A stretch of DNA of 64,000 nucleotides. Source: a virus. A program made the translations under genes and the position numbers. The notes beneath the pieces are model-generated. The model ran no database searches, was not told the origin of the DNA, and saw nothing but the letters and a program-made list of their open reading frames with translations. The stretch's first letter is position 1. Each line of letters begins with the position of its first letter. Positions 47,859-57,702 of the stretch are shown piece by piece. The stretch is taken from positions 1 to 64,000 of the IMG/VR virus record IMGVR_UViG_3300032401_000001, one strand, 5' to 3'.

Positions 47859-48541
47859 TGCTCGGCGACTCCTTCACGCATGATCGCCAAGACGAGCCGA
47901 TCGAACTCGGCCAGCTTGACACTGATCTTGGCGAAGAGCGCGCTGGGCATGCGTTCGACGTAGTGCAGCCGTTCGTCGAACAGCTTGTGCGAGGCCTTCT
48001 CTTCCGTGTCAGCGGTGCTGAACGAGAAGCGCCGACCGTTGGGACCGTTGATGGCGGCGAGCGAAGCCGCGACGTTGTAGCGGATGATGATCTCCTGCTG
48101 CACGTCCTGGTAGATCGGTTGCTGAGCCTGCAGAGCGGCGTGGAGGCGCAACGTATCGAGATGCGCGCGGGTGCGGAAGATCACGCTGGTCCGCTTCGTC
48201 AGCGGGTACTCCTCCTCGTGGTAACCCTTCATCAGCAGATCGTCGATGATCTCCGCCGCTTTCGACTGCTCAATCTTCTGCTCCTCGAGGAACTTGGCGT
48301 AGTCCCGCACCGGCAACAGCGCCTGGCTCATGTCCTCGTACAGCGACAGGCGGCCCTTCGCTTCTTGTTCCTGCTTCGCCGCCTCGGGCGGCAGCTGCGT
48401 CGTGTCGTCGGTGGTCTTCTCGGTGGTTGCAGTGGTGGTGGCGGCAGGTGGCGTTGGTGGCGTTGCCGCGGTGGTCTTGTCACCGGGACGCACGAAGTCG
48501 CCGAGCTTGGGACGTGCTGATGTGGGTTCTGACGTGGTCAT
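47852..48541 (-). CDS. Tail assembly chaperone (G-like)
   Basis: 229 aa two ORFs upstream of the tape measure gene; ends GAG CAT TTC TAG. Confidence 0.7.
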   Translation of the reverse strand: MTTSEPTSARPKLGDFVRPGDKTTAATPPTPPAATTTATTEKTTDDTTQLPPEAAKQEQEAKGRLSLYEDMSQALLPVRDYAKFLEEQKIEQSKAAEIIDDLLMKGYHEEEYPLTKRTSVIFRTRAHLDTLRLHAALQAQQPIYQDVQQEIIIRYNVAASLAAINGPNGRRFSFSTADTEEKASHKLFDERLHYVERMPSALFAKISVKLAEFDRLVLAIMREGVAEHF

Positions 48542-48597
48542 GTTTGTATGCGTCCTCCGTTTTGTGGTATGAGCTTAGGTGTCGCGGTCCTTCGTAT

Positions 48598-48612
48598 CTT
48601 TACGGCGTAAAG
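48598..48612. promoter_or_regulatory. Palindromic motif CTTTAC-GGC-GTAAAG (copy 7)
   Basis: Near the centre of the divergent gap between the tail operon (-) and the SLT gene (+). Confidence 0.65.
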
Positions 48613-48678
48613 TAGCCGTCTTCGATAGCAACAACAGACGACACTTACACCCCACAAGGTAAGGGGGACCGAGGACGA

Positions 48679-49257
48679 ATGCAACAGCTCATCGAACTGC
48701 TGTTTATCCTGCTGCGCCTATGGGCACCGTTGCCGACGGCAACTATCCCGGCTGAACCGCTCGAACAACGGGCCTTCCGCCTCACCCAGAACGATCGCTA
48801 CGACCCGCTCATCCTAGTCGCCGCGCAAGAATGGAAGATCGATCCCTTCCTCTTTAAGGGGTTGCTCTTCGCTGAGTCCGGCTTCAAGCCACAGAAGATC
48901 AACCGACTCGGTGCTGCGGGGATCGCTCAGCTGACGGGGGGTGGACGTACCGGTGTCCGCAATGTGCGCTGCATGCGTGGCTTGTGCCGATCTTTCACGT
49001 TGCAAGACGCGCTCAATCCAGAGACTGCGATCCCGGCGGCCGCAGAGTTGCTCGCGTATCTGCGTCGCACCTGTGGTGAAGACCGCATGCTCTCCGCCTA
49101 CAATACAGGCAACTGCAAAGCTCGAGTTCGCGTCTTCGTCAGGGTGGTGACGCAACACACGAACCGATTTCGTACCCTCGGTGGTTTGCCGCCGCTATCG
49201 CTACCACCGACGCGTCCTTCTCGTCTACTTGCCCAGCAGAACCCCCCGAACAGCTGA
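48679..49257 (+). CDS. Lytic transglycosylase (SLT domain) with hydrophobic N-terminus
   Basis: YDPLI...AAQEWKIDP...AESGF...GAAGIAQL...AAAELLAYL...LSAYNTG. Confidence 0.85.
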   Translation: MQQLIELLFILLRLWAPLPTATIPAEPLEQRAFRLTQNDRYDPLILVAAQEWKIDPFLFKGLLFAESGFKPQKINRLGAAGIAQLTGGGRTGVRNVRCMRGLCRSFTLQDALNPETAIPAAAELLAYLRRTCGEDRMLSAYNTGNCKARVRVFVRVVTQHTNRFRTLGGLPPLSLPPTRPSRLLAQQNPPNS

Positions 49258-49268
49258 AGGAGCTCCTC

Positions 49269-49529
49269 ATGGCCAATGGTTCTCGCCCAGGTCCGCGCCT
49301 GGTAGCGCACGTCTCTGACGACTCTCTGTTGGTAGTCCAGCGCGGCGTCACCACCATCTGTGACAAGCGGCACACCGACGTGCCACGTTCCATCACGTTT
49401 CTGCCGGCCAACCAGAAAGGCCGACTCCGGCACGTCTGCGCTGGCTGCGCCTACAAGCAGGGCTACGCTGATGCGCTCGCCGCGGCCCGCGACAATCCCG
49501 ACCTGCTCAAAGAGGAGGACGGCGAATGA
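49269..49529 (+). CDS. Hypothetical protein (possible zinc-binding)
   Basis: SD AGGAG; ICDKRH...HVCAGC. Confidence 0.65.
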   Translation: MANGSRPGPRLVAHVSDDSLLVVQRGVTTICDKRHTDVPRSITFLPANQKGRLRHVCAGCAYKQGYADALAAARDNPDLLKEEDGE

Positions 49530-49780
49530 AGCTCGAGGAGATCATCGACATCGCCGACGCGGCCTATCCCGATGACTTCGTGCGGCAGTACTTCAACGAA
49601 CCCGAGAAGAACCACGGCGACAGCCTGGCACGTTTCATCGCCTTTGAGATCATCGAGACCTTCGATGAAGATGGCACCGACGAAAACCAGCTCGCGCAGG
49701 CCATCCACGCCATCGCCAACGGCCGCGATGAGCTGGATCGCGTTCTCGACGCCCTCGGTGCGAAGGCGCGCGATCTGTGA
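49526..49780 (+). CDS. Acidic hypothetical protein
   Basis: ATGA coupling; 84 aa. Confidence 0.65.
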   Translation: MKLEEIIDIADAAYPDDFVRQYFNEPEKNHGDSLARFIAFEIIETFDEDGTDENQLAQAIHAIANGRDELDRVLDALGAKARDL

Positions 49781-50352
49781 ACGAGCTGCGTTACTGCACC
49801 CTCTGCGCCTTGCACGAGCAGCGCAAACACGTCGCCCTCGGTCGGGGCAACGTCCAGAGCCAATTCATGGTCGTCGGCGAGACGCCCGGCAAAGATGAAG
49901 ATGAACAGGGCTTGGCACTTGTCGGGCGCCCGGGGCGCTTGCTGGATGCGCTGCTCATCGCGGCCCAGATTCCGCCGCCGGCGACATTCATCATGAACAC
50001 GGTGCAGTGCGTTCGTCGCGACCCGGACAACTCGCAGAAGATTCTCCCACCAGATGAGCTCGCGACGAAGACCTGTCCCTGGTTGGATCGGCGTCTTCGT
50101 GAACATCCCCCGCTCGTGGTCGTAGCTCTAGGTCGGTACAGCATCGGCTGGTTCAAGGGCTACACCTGGGACACCACCAAGAAACTGCGGGTGAAGAACG
50201 AAGTGAACCGCGTCTTTGTGCATACCCAGGGTTTCACCGTCGTTTCGGCCTACCATCCGACCTACGCCACGCAGCACGGCGCCTGGGCGGCGCGCAGCCT
50301 GCTGCATGGGCTCGAAGTGGCGCGGAAGTGCTATCTCACTCTTCGTAGTTGA
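49777..50352 (+). CDS. udg: Family 4 uracil-DNA glycosylase
   Basis: CTLC, VVGETPGKDEDEQG, NTVQC, C, VVVALG, YHPTY; Fe-S Cys and catalytic His retained. Confidence 0.88.
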   Translation: MNELRYCTLCALHEQRKHVALGRGNVQSQFMVVGETPGKDEDEQGLALVGRPGRLLDALLIAAQIPPPATFIMNTVQCVRRDPDNSQKILPPDELATKTCPWLDRRLREHPPLVVVALGRYSIGWFKGYTWDTTKKLRVKNEVNRVFVHTQGFTVVSAYHPTYATQHGAWAARSLLHGLEVARKCYLTLRS

Positions 50353-52469
50353 TTTCCTCCCGTTGCTCATGGCATAAACAACACCAGGAGCTTCTCGTGA
50401 AGTGTACTTGCGGCTATGAAACCCCCGCTGAGCTGGCAGCCCAGAACGAAGGGCGCTGCGCCAGTTGTGGTGGCCCTGTCGAACCTGATCCCATCGAACT
50501 TCTTAGCTGTCCAGCTCTCGGTCTCGTCGAAGAGATTCGTGCCGGGCAGGTCGAGTACGCCCGGGCGTTCGTCGAGATGTTGGATACCCCGGGCAACGCC
50601 TGCGGCGTGTTCCAGGCGGGCTGTGGCATCGGCAAGACGTTCGCCTACGGCGTGCCCGCCGTGCTGCGCCCCACGCGTGTCGTCATCGCTACGGGCAAGA
50701 AGAGCCTGCAGGACCAGCTGGCCAAGAAGGACCTGCCGTTCATGCAGCAGGTCTTCGGACGTCCCAAGCACTTCGTGACCATGAAGGGGAAGAGCAACTA
50801 CGTTTGTCGCTGGATGCTCGAGAAGAACGAAGGACTCTTCCGCGCACAGGGGCAGATGAAGTTGCACGCTGCCTTGACGACGTGGGCCGCGGATACGACA
50901 CACGCCGGTGACCTGGACACCTTTCCAGGCCAGCTGGAGTTCCCCGCGTCGACCTGCACCGCAGACGAGTGCGTGAAGTGCAGCTACGGGGACAAGGGGC
51001 TATGCGGCTATCGGCGCCGGCGCGCTGAACTGCCGGGTGCCGACGTGGTCATCATCAACCACGCCCTGCTCGGCTACGTGCTGCGCTACGGCGCCACCGT
51101 CATCGGTCCGTTCACCATCCTCATTGTCGATGAAGCGCACGTCGCGCCCGGCTTCATCCGCAACGCCTTCTCGCAGGATCTCAGCGAGACCTGGCTGCGC
51201 CACTACATCAACCGGCTGCAGCGCGACGCCATCCTGCACTTCACCGATGCAGCCCGTGACGCCATCGAAGACCGCTGGGCTGCGCTGTTCGCCCAGCTAC
51301 CGACGACGAAGATGCTGCCGGTCGGAGTCCTGGGCGCGGCTGGACACGCCGCCGTGACCGACCTGGAGACGGTGAAGGCCAAGGTTCATGACTACCTAGC
51401 TTCGCGCTGGGGTCACGAAACCGAGGATGGTGAAGTCGACCTCGAAACCATCCAACTCGAACTGCTCAACGAGCGTGACCGGGGCAATGCAGCGCCGCTG
51501 CGGGACTTCTACGCCGTTACCAAGCAGCTCGACAAGCTGCTCGAGAAGCGGCAGACCATCCTCGATACCTACGAAACTGACGACAACTACATCCTCTCGC
51601 AAGAAGACACGAACACCGGGCGCAAGCGCGTCCTGCGGCAACCGGTGAACCTGGCACCGATCACGGGTCCCAAGTTCGCCGGCATCAACAAGGTCCTGTT
51701 CACCAGTGCCACGCTCAGTGCCGAGACTCTAGCGGCGGAGCTGGGACTGCAACCCCGGCACGTGCTGAGCGTACCGTCACCGTTCCCCTACCAGCGCTCG
51801 CTGGTGTACCTGCCGAAGCATCTGCCTCGGCCCGATGACCCCAAGTGGCACAACGCCATCGCTGACGAAGTCGTACAGCTGGTACGCGCCTCGGGGGGCA
51901 ACGCCTTGGTGCTCTTCTCGTCCATGAACGATCTGCGGGAGATTCGCCGCATCGTCGACACCGAGTACGAGCTCGAGTACCCGCTGCTCGCGCAAGGTGA
52001 TGGGCGCCGTGCCCCGGAAGTCTTCGACGAATTCATGCACACTGAACGTGCGGTGCTCTTCGGTTCGAAGTCGTTCTTTGAGGGCATCGATGTCCAGGGC
52101 GAGAAGCTGTCCCTGGTCATCATCCCCAAGTTGCCGTTCCCCTCGCCGGATGACCCGCTGACCAAGGCCAAGAGTGAGCGACTGGGGAGCGGCTGGTTCG
52201 CCGGGTGGAGCTACCCGCAGATGCAGCAAGACGTCCAGCAAGCCGCGGGGCGGCTGATACGTACCCGGGATGACCGGGGCGTAGTGGCCATCCTCGACGT
52301 ACGCATCTGGGTCGGGGGCAACCGTGAGATCGATCCACAGGACATCGGCACGAAGAAGCTGTGGCGCGGCTACGGCTATCAGCTAGTGAAGTCGCTGCCC
52401 TTTCCCAACTGGTCGCCGCGACGCGAGTTGGTGTTCGAGTACTTCAAGATGCTGCGAGCAGCGGCATAG
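50349..52469 (+). CDS. dinG: DinG/YoaA-family Fe-S DNA helicase with N-terminal zinc ribbon
   Basis: QAGCGIGKT, MKGKSNYVC, IINHALL, IVDEAH, FTSATL, FFEGIDVQG, KLPFP, QAAGRLIR. Confidence 0.9.
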   Translation: MISSRCSWHKQHQELLVKCTCGYETPAELAAQNEGRCASCGGPVEPDPIELLSCPALGLVEEIRAGQVEYARAFVEMLDTPGNACGVFQAGCGIGKTFAYGVPAVLRPTRVVIATGKKSLQDQLAKKDLPFMQQVFGRPKHFVTMKGKSNYVCRWMLEKNEGLFRAQGQMKLHAALTTWAADTTHAGDLDTFPGQLEFPASTCTADECVKCSYGDKGLCGYRRRRAELPGADVVIINHALLGYVLRYGATVIGPFTILIVDEAHVAPGFIRNAFSQDLSETWLRHYINRLQRDAILHFTDAARDAIEDRWAALFAQLPTTKMLPVGVLGAAGHAAVTDLETVKAKVHDYLASRWGHETEDGEVDLETIQLELLNERDRGNAAPLRDFYAVTKQLDKLLEKRQTILDTYETDDNYILSQEDTNTGRKRVLRQPVNLAPITGPKFAGINKVLFTSATLSAETLAAELGLQPRHVLSVPSPFPYQRSLVYLPKHLPRPDDPKWHNAIADEVVQLVRASGGNALVLFSSMNDLREIRRIVDTEYELEYPLLAQGDGRRAPEVFDEFMHTERAVLFGSKSFFEGIDVQGEKLSLVIIPKLPFPSPDDPLTKAKSERLGSGWFAGWSYPQMQQDVQQAAGRLIRTRDDRGVVAILDVRIWVGGNREIDPQDIGTKKLWRGYGYQLVKSLPFPNWSPRRELVFEYFKMLRAAA

Positions 52470-52475
52470 GTACGC

Positions 52476-52946
52476 ATGGACTACAAGAAGCGCGCTTGGA
52501 ATGCCGCTTGGGCAGCCTATCGCCTCTGGGCGAAAGGTCTGCGCAAGCTCCGCCTGCAACGGGGCTGGAGTCAACGACAGGTGGCCGTACAGATGATCTG
52601 CTCACGGTCGCAGTACGCGGCGATCGAGTATGGCCACAGCCTGGCGACCTACGCTCAGCTCTACCAGTTGGCGCTGGCGTTCAAGCTGACGCTTCCTAAA
52701 CTACTTTCTATCGCACCTGTGCGCTTCCCGCCGGTGCTAGTCCGTCTGGCCAAGGAGAGAGCAATGCCACGTCCGAAGGGTTCCCGCGTCATCGTCTGCA
52801 ACTCCTGCCACGCACGCCTCGTGGGCATGCCTGGTGACCGCCGCAGCTGTTGTGGGCGGAGCTACAAGATCCCCGCGAAGCCGGCGGCGGCGGCGAAGAA
52901 GCCGCTGAAGAAGCCGGTGTCGAAGAAGCGGGGGAAGAGCGCGTAG
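52476..52946 (+). CDS. XRE-family HTH protein with C-terminal Cys motif and Lys-rich tail
   Basis: LRKLRLQRGWSQRQVA...SRSQYAAIEYG; CNSC...CC; KKP-rich end. Confidence 0.75.
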   Translation: MDYKKRAWNAAWAAYRLWAKGLRKLRLQRGWSQRQVAVQMICSRSQYAAIEYGHSLATYAQLYQLALAFKLTLPKLLSIAPVRFPPVLVRLAKERAMPRPKGSRVIVCNSCHARLVGMPGDRRSCCGRSYKIPAKPAAAAKKPLKKPVSKKRGKSA

Positions 52947-53617
52947 TGGATCTGCCGCGCTTCATCATCGGCGTCGACGAAGCGGGCTATGGTTGCATCG
53001 CTGGCCCGCTCGTCGCCGCCGCCGTAGCTTTCAGCGACGGTCAGGAACGACCGACGGTTACTACGCCCAAAGGGCGCCTGATACCCGTGAAAGATTCGAA
53101 GAAGCTGTCGGACGAGCTCCTCGCGCCCATGGCACAGGTGGTGGCCGGTGTCTGCTGCGGCTACGAAATCCAGCGCGTCGCAGCCCCGACCATCGATGAG
53201 CAGGGACCAGAACAGGCGAAGTTCCAGGCGTTGCAGATGGTGACCAAACGTTTACTGGAGCGCCTACGGTTCTTGTACAGCGCTACGGTCACCTACCGGG
53301 TCATCGTCGATGGCCACGTTCGGTTCGGCGGGTGCGGCTTCGAGTATGACGCAATCCCACGCGCTGACATCACCGTCTGGCAAGTCAGCGCCGCGTCGGT
53401 GTTGGCCAAGAGTGCTCAGCTCGAAGCTATTCGACAGGTGCATCAAGAGTTTCCCAACTACGGCTTCGATAAGCATCACGGCTACCCCACGGAGACGCAC
53501 CTGACGGCCTTGCGTCGCTTCGGCGTGACGCCATATCATCGGCGCAGCTACGGGCCGGTCTCCGCCATCTTGTCCTGTCGCCGCAAGACGGTGGGAGGAG
53601 GTTGGGAATGGGACTGA
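52946..53617 (+). CDS. rnhB: Ribonuclease HII
   Basis: IGVDEAGYGCIAGPLV, KDSKKL, IVDG, VSAASVLAK, HHGYPT, HRRSY. GTG start at 52946. Confidence 0.9.
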   Translation: MDLPRFIIGVDEAGYGCIAGPLVAAAVAFSDGQERPTVTTPKGRLIPVKDSKKLSDELLAPMAQVVAGVCCGYEIQRVAAPTIDEQGPEQAKFQALQMVTKRLLERLRFLYSATVTYRVIVDGHVRFGGCGFEYDAIPRADITVWQVSAASVLAKSAQLEAIRQVHQEFPNYGFDKHHGYPTETHLTALRRFGVTPYHRRSYGPVSAILSCRRKTVGGGWEWD

Positions 53618-53865
53618 CGCCCGCCGAAGAGCAGCTAGTCCAGAAGCGCGTTCCGGATGACATCTGTGCCCGCTGTCGCCGCAAGTTCCGTATCGGTGAC
53701 CGGGTCATGGGAGCGTACATTCTGATCGACCCCCACGCTCACAATCCGCATCGCATCACCGAACGCGGAATCATGTTGGGAACGGACCTGGAGTTCGTTC
53801 ACGTCGATTGCGAAGACCCTCAGCTCACAGGTCGCCGAGCAGCGAAGCTCATCATCCCGGGGTAA
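53608..53865 (+). CDS. Small zinc-finger protein
   Basis: CARC...HVDC. Confidence 0.65.
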   Translation: MGLTPAEEQLVQKRVPDDICARCRRKFRIGDRVMGAYILIDPHAHNPHRITERGIMLGTDLEFVHVDCEDPQLTGRRAAKLIIPG

Positions 53866-53867
53866 GC

Positions 53868-54356
53868 ATGGCGCGGAAAGCGAAATTGAAAATTCCGCCG
53901 GGACAACAGGACCCGTGGAAGCGACGTCCCGTTCAGGAAGAATCCGTCGATACTGACGAAAGCGTCATCGGCACGCCTTCCAGTGATCATCCCCTCGACC
54001 AAGACCTGAAGCAGGCGATGCCGTTTGTCCTGCGCGCGCCGGGGCAGGACTACACCTTGTTGGTGCTTGACGCCATCGACACTGAAGCCGCCGTGCACGT
54101 GTTGCTACGCGTGGCCCAGAATCCAGCGGTTGACCAGGTGCTCCGCGAAGCCGGCTTCACCCAGGCGACGCGGGCTGAAGCCAGGCCACTTGGCTTCGTG
54201 CTGTTGGATACGGAACGCGTCCTGTGGTGCGCTACGGCGCAGAGTTCAGCCGATGGTTTTCGCCGCTTGGTGCAAGCCCTACTCCAGGAATGTCGACGAG
54301 ACCGCCTCTTCAAAGACCGGCTCGCCGAACTAGGACTGCGACCGTTGCTTCCGTGA
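53868..54356 (+). CDS. Hypothetical protein
   Basis: ATG 2 nt after the previous stop; internal duplicated helix pattern. Confidence 0.6.
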   Translation: MARKAKLKIPPGQQDPWKRRPVQEESVDTDESVIGTPSSDHPLDQDLKQAMPFVLRAPGQDYTLLVLDAIDTEAAVHVLLRVAQNPAVDQVLREAGFTQATRAEARPLGFVLLDTERVLWCATAQSSADGFRRLVQALLQECRRDRLFKDRLAELGLRPLLP

Positions 54357-54396
54357 CCTGAGCCGTCCATCATGCAACTGAACCAAGGAGTCTTCG

Positions 54397-54684
54397 ATGA
54401 ACAACACGCCGTGTGGCCGTTGTACCTTCTACGATCCGCTGCTGGGCTCCAATGGAAAGGACACCGAGATGGGCTGGTGTGCAAAACGCTCGGTCTATCC
54501 GTTCCAGGAGGGACCGGGGCAGGTCTTTCCGCTGGGAGTCGAACGCGTAGCGCCGAAGGCACTGGCGAAGCCGTTCATCGTCAAGAAGGGACAGGTTGTG
54601 AACGCATGCTCGTTCGTTCGCCCGACCAACGAAGACCTGGTGGCGCGGAAGCGCACCCAGCAGAAGCTGCCTACACCTGGGTAG
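54397..54684 (+). CDS. Small Cys-rich protein
   Basis: SD AGGAG; CGRC...WC...C. Confidence 0.7.
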   Translation: MNNTPCGRCTFYDPLLGSNGKDTEMGWCAKRSVYPFQEGPGQVFPLGVERVAPKALAKPFIVKKGQVVNACSFVRPTNEDLVARKRTQQKLPTPG

Positions 54685-54707
54685 GGCTACGTTTCCCCGC
54701 GCGTCCC

Positions 54708-55130
54708 TTGACGGACTTCGAACTCGAAGTCCTGAGTCCGCACTGTGAGACTTGCGGGTTGCCGGCGGCAATGGTCGAGTATCAACGTCCGTTCAATGAC
54801 GCTAGCGAAGCGGCCGCGACGGACCAGCGTCTACATGAAGTTGAAACGGGACTGCTGAAGTTCTACTGCGCCTACCACGCACCGTTCGCAGTGTCCGTTG
54901 AAGTTCGACAACGCGCTGAAGATGCTCTGCTGCGCGCCTTGAGTACGTCCGTGAGCTGCGCTAAGCGTGGTGATCACCGCTACGCTTCCGTGTGTGTCCA
55001 TTACATGCGGCGGTGTGTGAAGCGCTGCCAACCCATCGTCAATCTCCTGCGCGGCATCAACTGGGATACTGCTCAACAGAGCGTACAAGACGCGTGGAAA
55101 CGGCGTGAAGCCGCAAAGAGGACTCCATGA
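54708..55130 (+). CDS. Hypothetical zinc-finger protein
   Basis: TTG start proposed inside ORF 54372..55130; CETC...YCAYH. Confidence 0.5.
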   Translation: MTDFELEVLSPHCETCGLPAAMVEYQRPFNDASEAAATDQRLHEVETGLLKFYCAYHAPFAVSVEVRQRAEDALLRALSTSVSCAKRGDHRYASVCVHYMRRCVKRCQPIVNLLRGINWDTAQQSVQDAWKRREAAKRTP

Positions 55131-55726
55131 CCACGAAGCTGCCCACGATGGACGATCTGACCAAGAACTTCTTGGGGGTCAACAAGAACTCAGAAGCGAA
55201 GGTCATAGCGGGCCAGACGGCCAATCCAGAACGTCAGCAGGCGCTCTACGAACAAGAGCTGGCGCACGAGGCCTGCGAGTTCGGCGACATTCTCGTCAAC
55301 TACGTCGGCGCGCACGTCGACGTGCCGCTGGCGCATCGGGCCTTCGGCGTCGCTCTCGGCGTTCTCAACCTGCGCAGCGAGTACCCCAACGGCGGAGAGC
55401 AGTTCGACGAACTGGCGGACCTGGGTGGCGAAGACCTGCAGATCGAGACCAAGAAGAAGGTGCCGGTCGTGGCACCCGTGGTGGCAGCTACCGCCACCGT
55501 TCGGCTCGACGACGCCAGTATCCGCGCCGCCGCGCCCTTCGCTGAAGTCTTCGTGCGCTACGTGACCATGAAGAAGCACCAGCTCGGGCTCAGCAATCCG
55601 CAGACGTCCTACGCACTGGGACGGACCTTCCACAACCTGCGGGTCTGCTTCCCACCGGAGGATGGTGGTCCCGCCGCCTTCGATCAGTACGCGAAGCAGG
55701 CGGGGGAGTACTTCAACCGTGGCTGA
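55127..55726 (+). CDS. Hypothetical protein with an internal repeat
   Basis: The two halves share a FxxxxVxYVxxxxxxxxLxxxxxxxALGxxxxNLRxxYP/FP pattern; SD GAGGA. Confidence 0.7.
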   Translation: MTTKLPTMDDLTKNFLGVNKNSEAKVIAGQTANPERQQALYEQELAHEACEFGDILVNYVGAHVDVPLAHRAFGVALGVLNLRSEYPNGGEQFDELADLGGEDLQIETKKKVPVVAPVVAATATVRLDDASIRAAAPFAEVFVRYVTMKKHQLGLSNPQTSYALGRTFHNLRVCFPPEDGGPAAFDQYAKQAGEYFNRG

Positions 55727-55952
55727 AGATCTCACGGGGAAGGTGCTACAAGCCCTGGCGAGTGGCGGTTCCGCCAGTACGGCCGGGGTCTACGCTCGCG
55801 TCTTTCCGCCACCGATCTACGCCACGTTCCAGCGAGAGACTCAGCGACTCGCTGAGGTTCATCGCACGCTCATGACGCTCAAGAGCCAGCACCGGGTCTG
55901 GAGCGACGACGGTCATCAATGGCGAATCACCGAACGCGGGAGGCGCGTATGA
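55719..55952 (+). CDS. Small winged-helix-like protein
   Basis: GTG start overlapping the previous stop; ends WRITERGRRV. Confidence 0.55.
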   Translation: MAEDLTGKVLQALASGGSASTAGVYARVFPPPIYATFQRETQRLAEVHRTLMTLKSQHRVWSDDGHQWRITERGRRV

Positions 55953-56206
55953 CGAAGATCGTGAAGGTCGTGAAGGTCGTGAAGCATCGCATCGAGATCT
56001 ACGAAGTCGAGAGCAACAACGACGACTTCTCGAACGCTGGCGCACTGGCCATCGTCCAGGCGCGCATGAAGGCCGGTATGCCCCTCGGGCTCACCAAGGA
56101 TGAGGAGGTGATCGTCAACTTCGACGTCGAAGGCCAGCTCTACGACAAGGACGGTCAGCCCGTCGCCGAGAACCTCTCGACGAAGACGAAGACGGGGAAG
56201 AAGTAG
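55949..56206 (+). CDS. Hypothetical protein
   Basis: ATGA coupling; SD GGAGG. Confidence 0.65.
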   Translation: MTKIVKVVKVVKHRIEIYEVESNNDDFSNAGALAIVQARMKAGMPLGLTKDEEVIVNFDVEGQLYDKDGQPVAENLSTKTKTGKK

Positions 56207-56208
56207 CC

Positions 56209-56985
56209 GTGCTGCTCGGCATCCTCGGCGAAGCGGGTACCGGTAAGGATGAGGTCGCCCGGATTCTGGTACAAGAGGGGCGTAGCTACATCGTCGCCTT
56301 CGCCGACCCGATGAAGATCTACGCTCGCTGGATGTTCGGCTGGGATCCTGAAGTCCTGTGGGGCGCCAGTGCCCGGCGCGCCGAGCTCGACGAGCGCTTC
56401 AAGTTCCCGAAGTGCCCTACGTGTGGTCGTACTGAAGGCATTCGTGATCCAGATGGCGTCGACGTCGGTGCCGCGACTTGGCGAGTCTGCGCTTTCTGCA
56501 AGACCGCGACGCCATTCGAGCAGGTCATGGTTCCAGTCTCGCCGCGCTACGTGCTGCAACACCTGGGCGACTGGGCGCGCCGCTTCCGCGCCGACGCCTA
56601 CGTGGCGTTTGCGCTGCAGCGCGCCGCAGCTGTGCAGGAGTACCGCACCACACTGGCCGACCCGCTGGCAGTCGTGTTGCCGCCGGTGATCATGGATCAA
56701 CGCTGGCGACGGCGATCACTTGACAACGCGCCCCTCCACGTCGTCATCAACGACGTGCGCATGAAGAACGAGATCGCCGGTATCCACGACGCGGGTGGGC
56801 GCGTCTACCGCGTGAAGCGAAAGCACGCCATGGCCGTGCTGGCCCCCGGCATCCCCAATCACCAGTCCGAGCTGGAGCAGCGCACCGTCCCGGATGACGC
56901 CGTCGACGGCATCATCGACAACAACGGCACCCTCGAAGACTTGCGCGGTGTCATTCACGACCTGCTGGATGGCCTCGAGCACTGA
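56209..56985 (+). CDS. Deoxynucleoside monophosphate kinase (T4 gp1-like) with a zinc-ribbon insertion
   Basis: GILGEAGTGKD, AFADPMK, LQHLGDW, INDVRMKNE, HQSE, IDNNGTLEDL. Confidence 0.85.
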   Translation: MLLGILGEAGTGKDEVARILVQEGRSYIVAFADPMKIYARWMFGWDPEVLWGASARRAELDERFKFPKCPTCGRTEGIRDPDGVDVGAATWRVCAFCKTATPFEQVMVPVSPRYVLQHLGDWARRFRADAYVAFALQRAAAVQEYRTTLADPLAVVLPPVIMDQRWRRRSLDNAPLHVVINDVRMKNEIAGIHDAGGRVYRVKRKHAMAVLAPGIPNHQSELEQRTVPDDAVDGIIDNNGTLEDLRGVIHDLLDGLEH

Positions 56986-57003
56986 CACAGAAAGGACTCC
57001 TTC

Positions 57004-57675
57004 ATGACCCAGCGCTACTTGCTCGTCGACACGGAGACCACCGGGCTTGACCCCAACCGGCACGCCTGTCTCGAAATCGGAGCCGCAGTCCTCGACGACA
57101 AGTTCGAGCTGGTGCCCGAGGCCGTCTTTCACAGCTACATCCGCCCCGGGCCGAGCGCCATCATCGACGGCACCGCCATCCAGATCAACGGTCACGGCTG
57201 GGCCGTGGACGCAACTTCGGCGACCTACCTGGCCGCGCCGCAACCCCATGAAGCCTGGAAGCACTTCTTCGACTGGCTCGCCCAGCACTTCGCTGAAGAC
57301 GGGATTCCGAAGCAGATCATCCCGGTGGGCTGGAACGTCGGCTTCGACGTAGGCTTTCTTCGACGGCTGTGGTGCGAGTATCTGATGACGTTGTCGCTGA
57401 AGCTCAACGTCCAGAAATGGACGCAGTTGCGCGACCATCCGCTGAAGGGCCACGGCTGGCCCATGCACTACCACATCATCGATCTCATCGGCGTGTGCCG
57501 CTACCTCGACGTTCGCGCCGGGCGCAGCCGCAAAGGCTACAAGCTCAGCGCCATCGCCGACGAAGTCTTGACGTCGGCTACCCGCGATGAGCTGCACCTG
57601 AAGTTCGGTGCGGCGCACACGGCCCTCGCCGACGCCTACATGGCACTGCACGTCGTCCGCGCTCTCGAAGCCTAG
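57004..57675 (+). CDS. DEDDh 3'-5' exonuclease (DnaQ-like)
   Basis: LVDTETTGLDP, GWNVGFD, IDL, HTALADA. Confidence 0.88.
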   Translation: MTQRYLLVDTETTGLDPNRHACLEIGAAVLDDKFELVPEAVFHSYIRPGPSAIIDGTAIQINGHGWAVDATSATYLAAPQPHEAWKHFFDWLAQHFAEDGIPKQIIPVGWNVGFDVGFLRRLWCEYLMTLSLKLNVQKWTQLRDHPLKGHGWPMHYHIIDLIGVCRYLDVRAGRSRKGYKLSAIADEVLTSATRDELHLKFGAAHTALADAYMALHVVRALEA

Positions 57676-57702
57676 TTCACCTCCCCTACAACAGGAGTCA
57701 CC

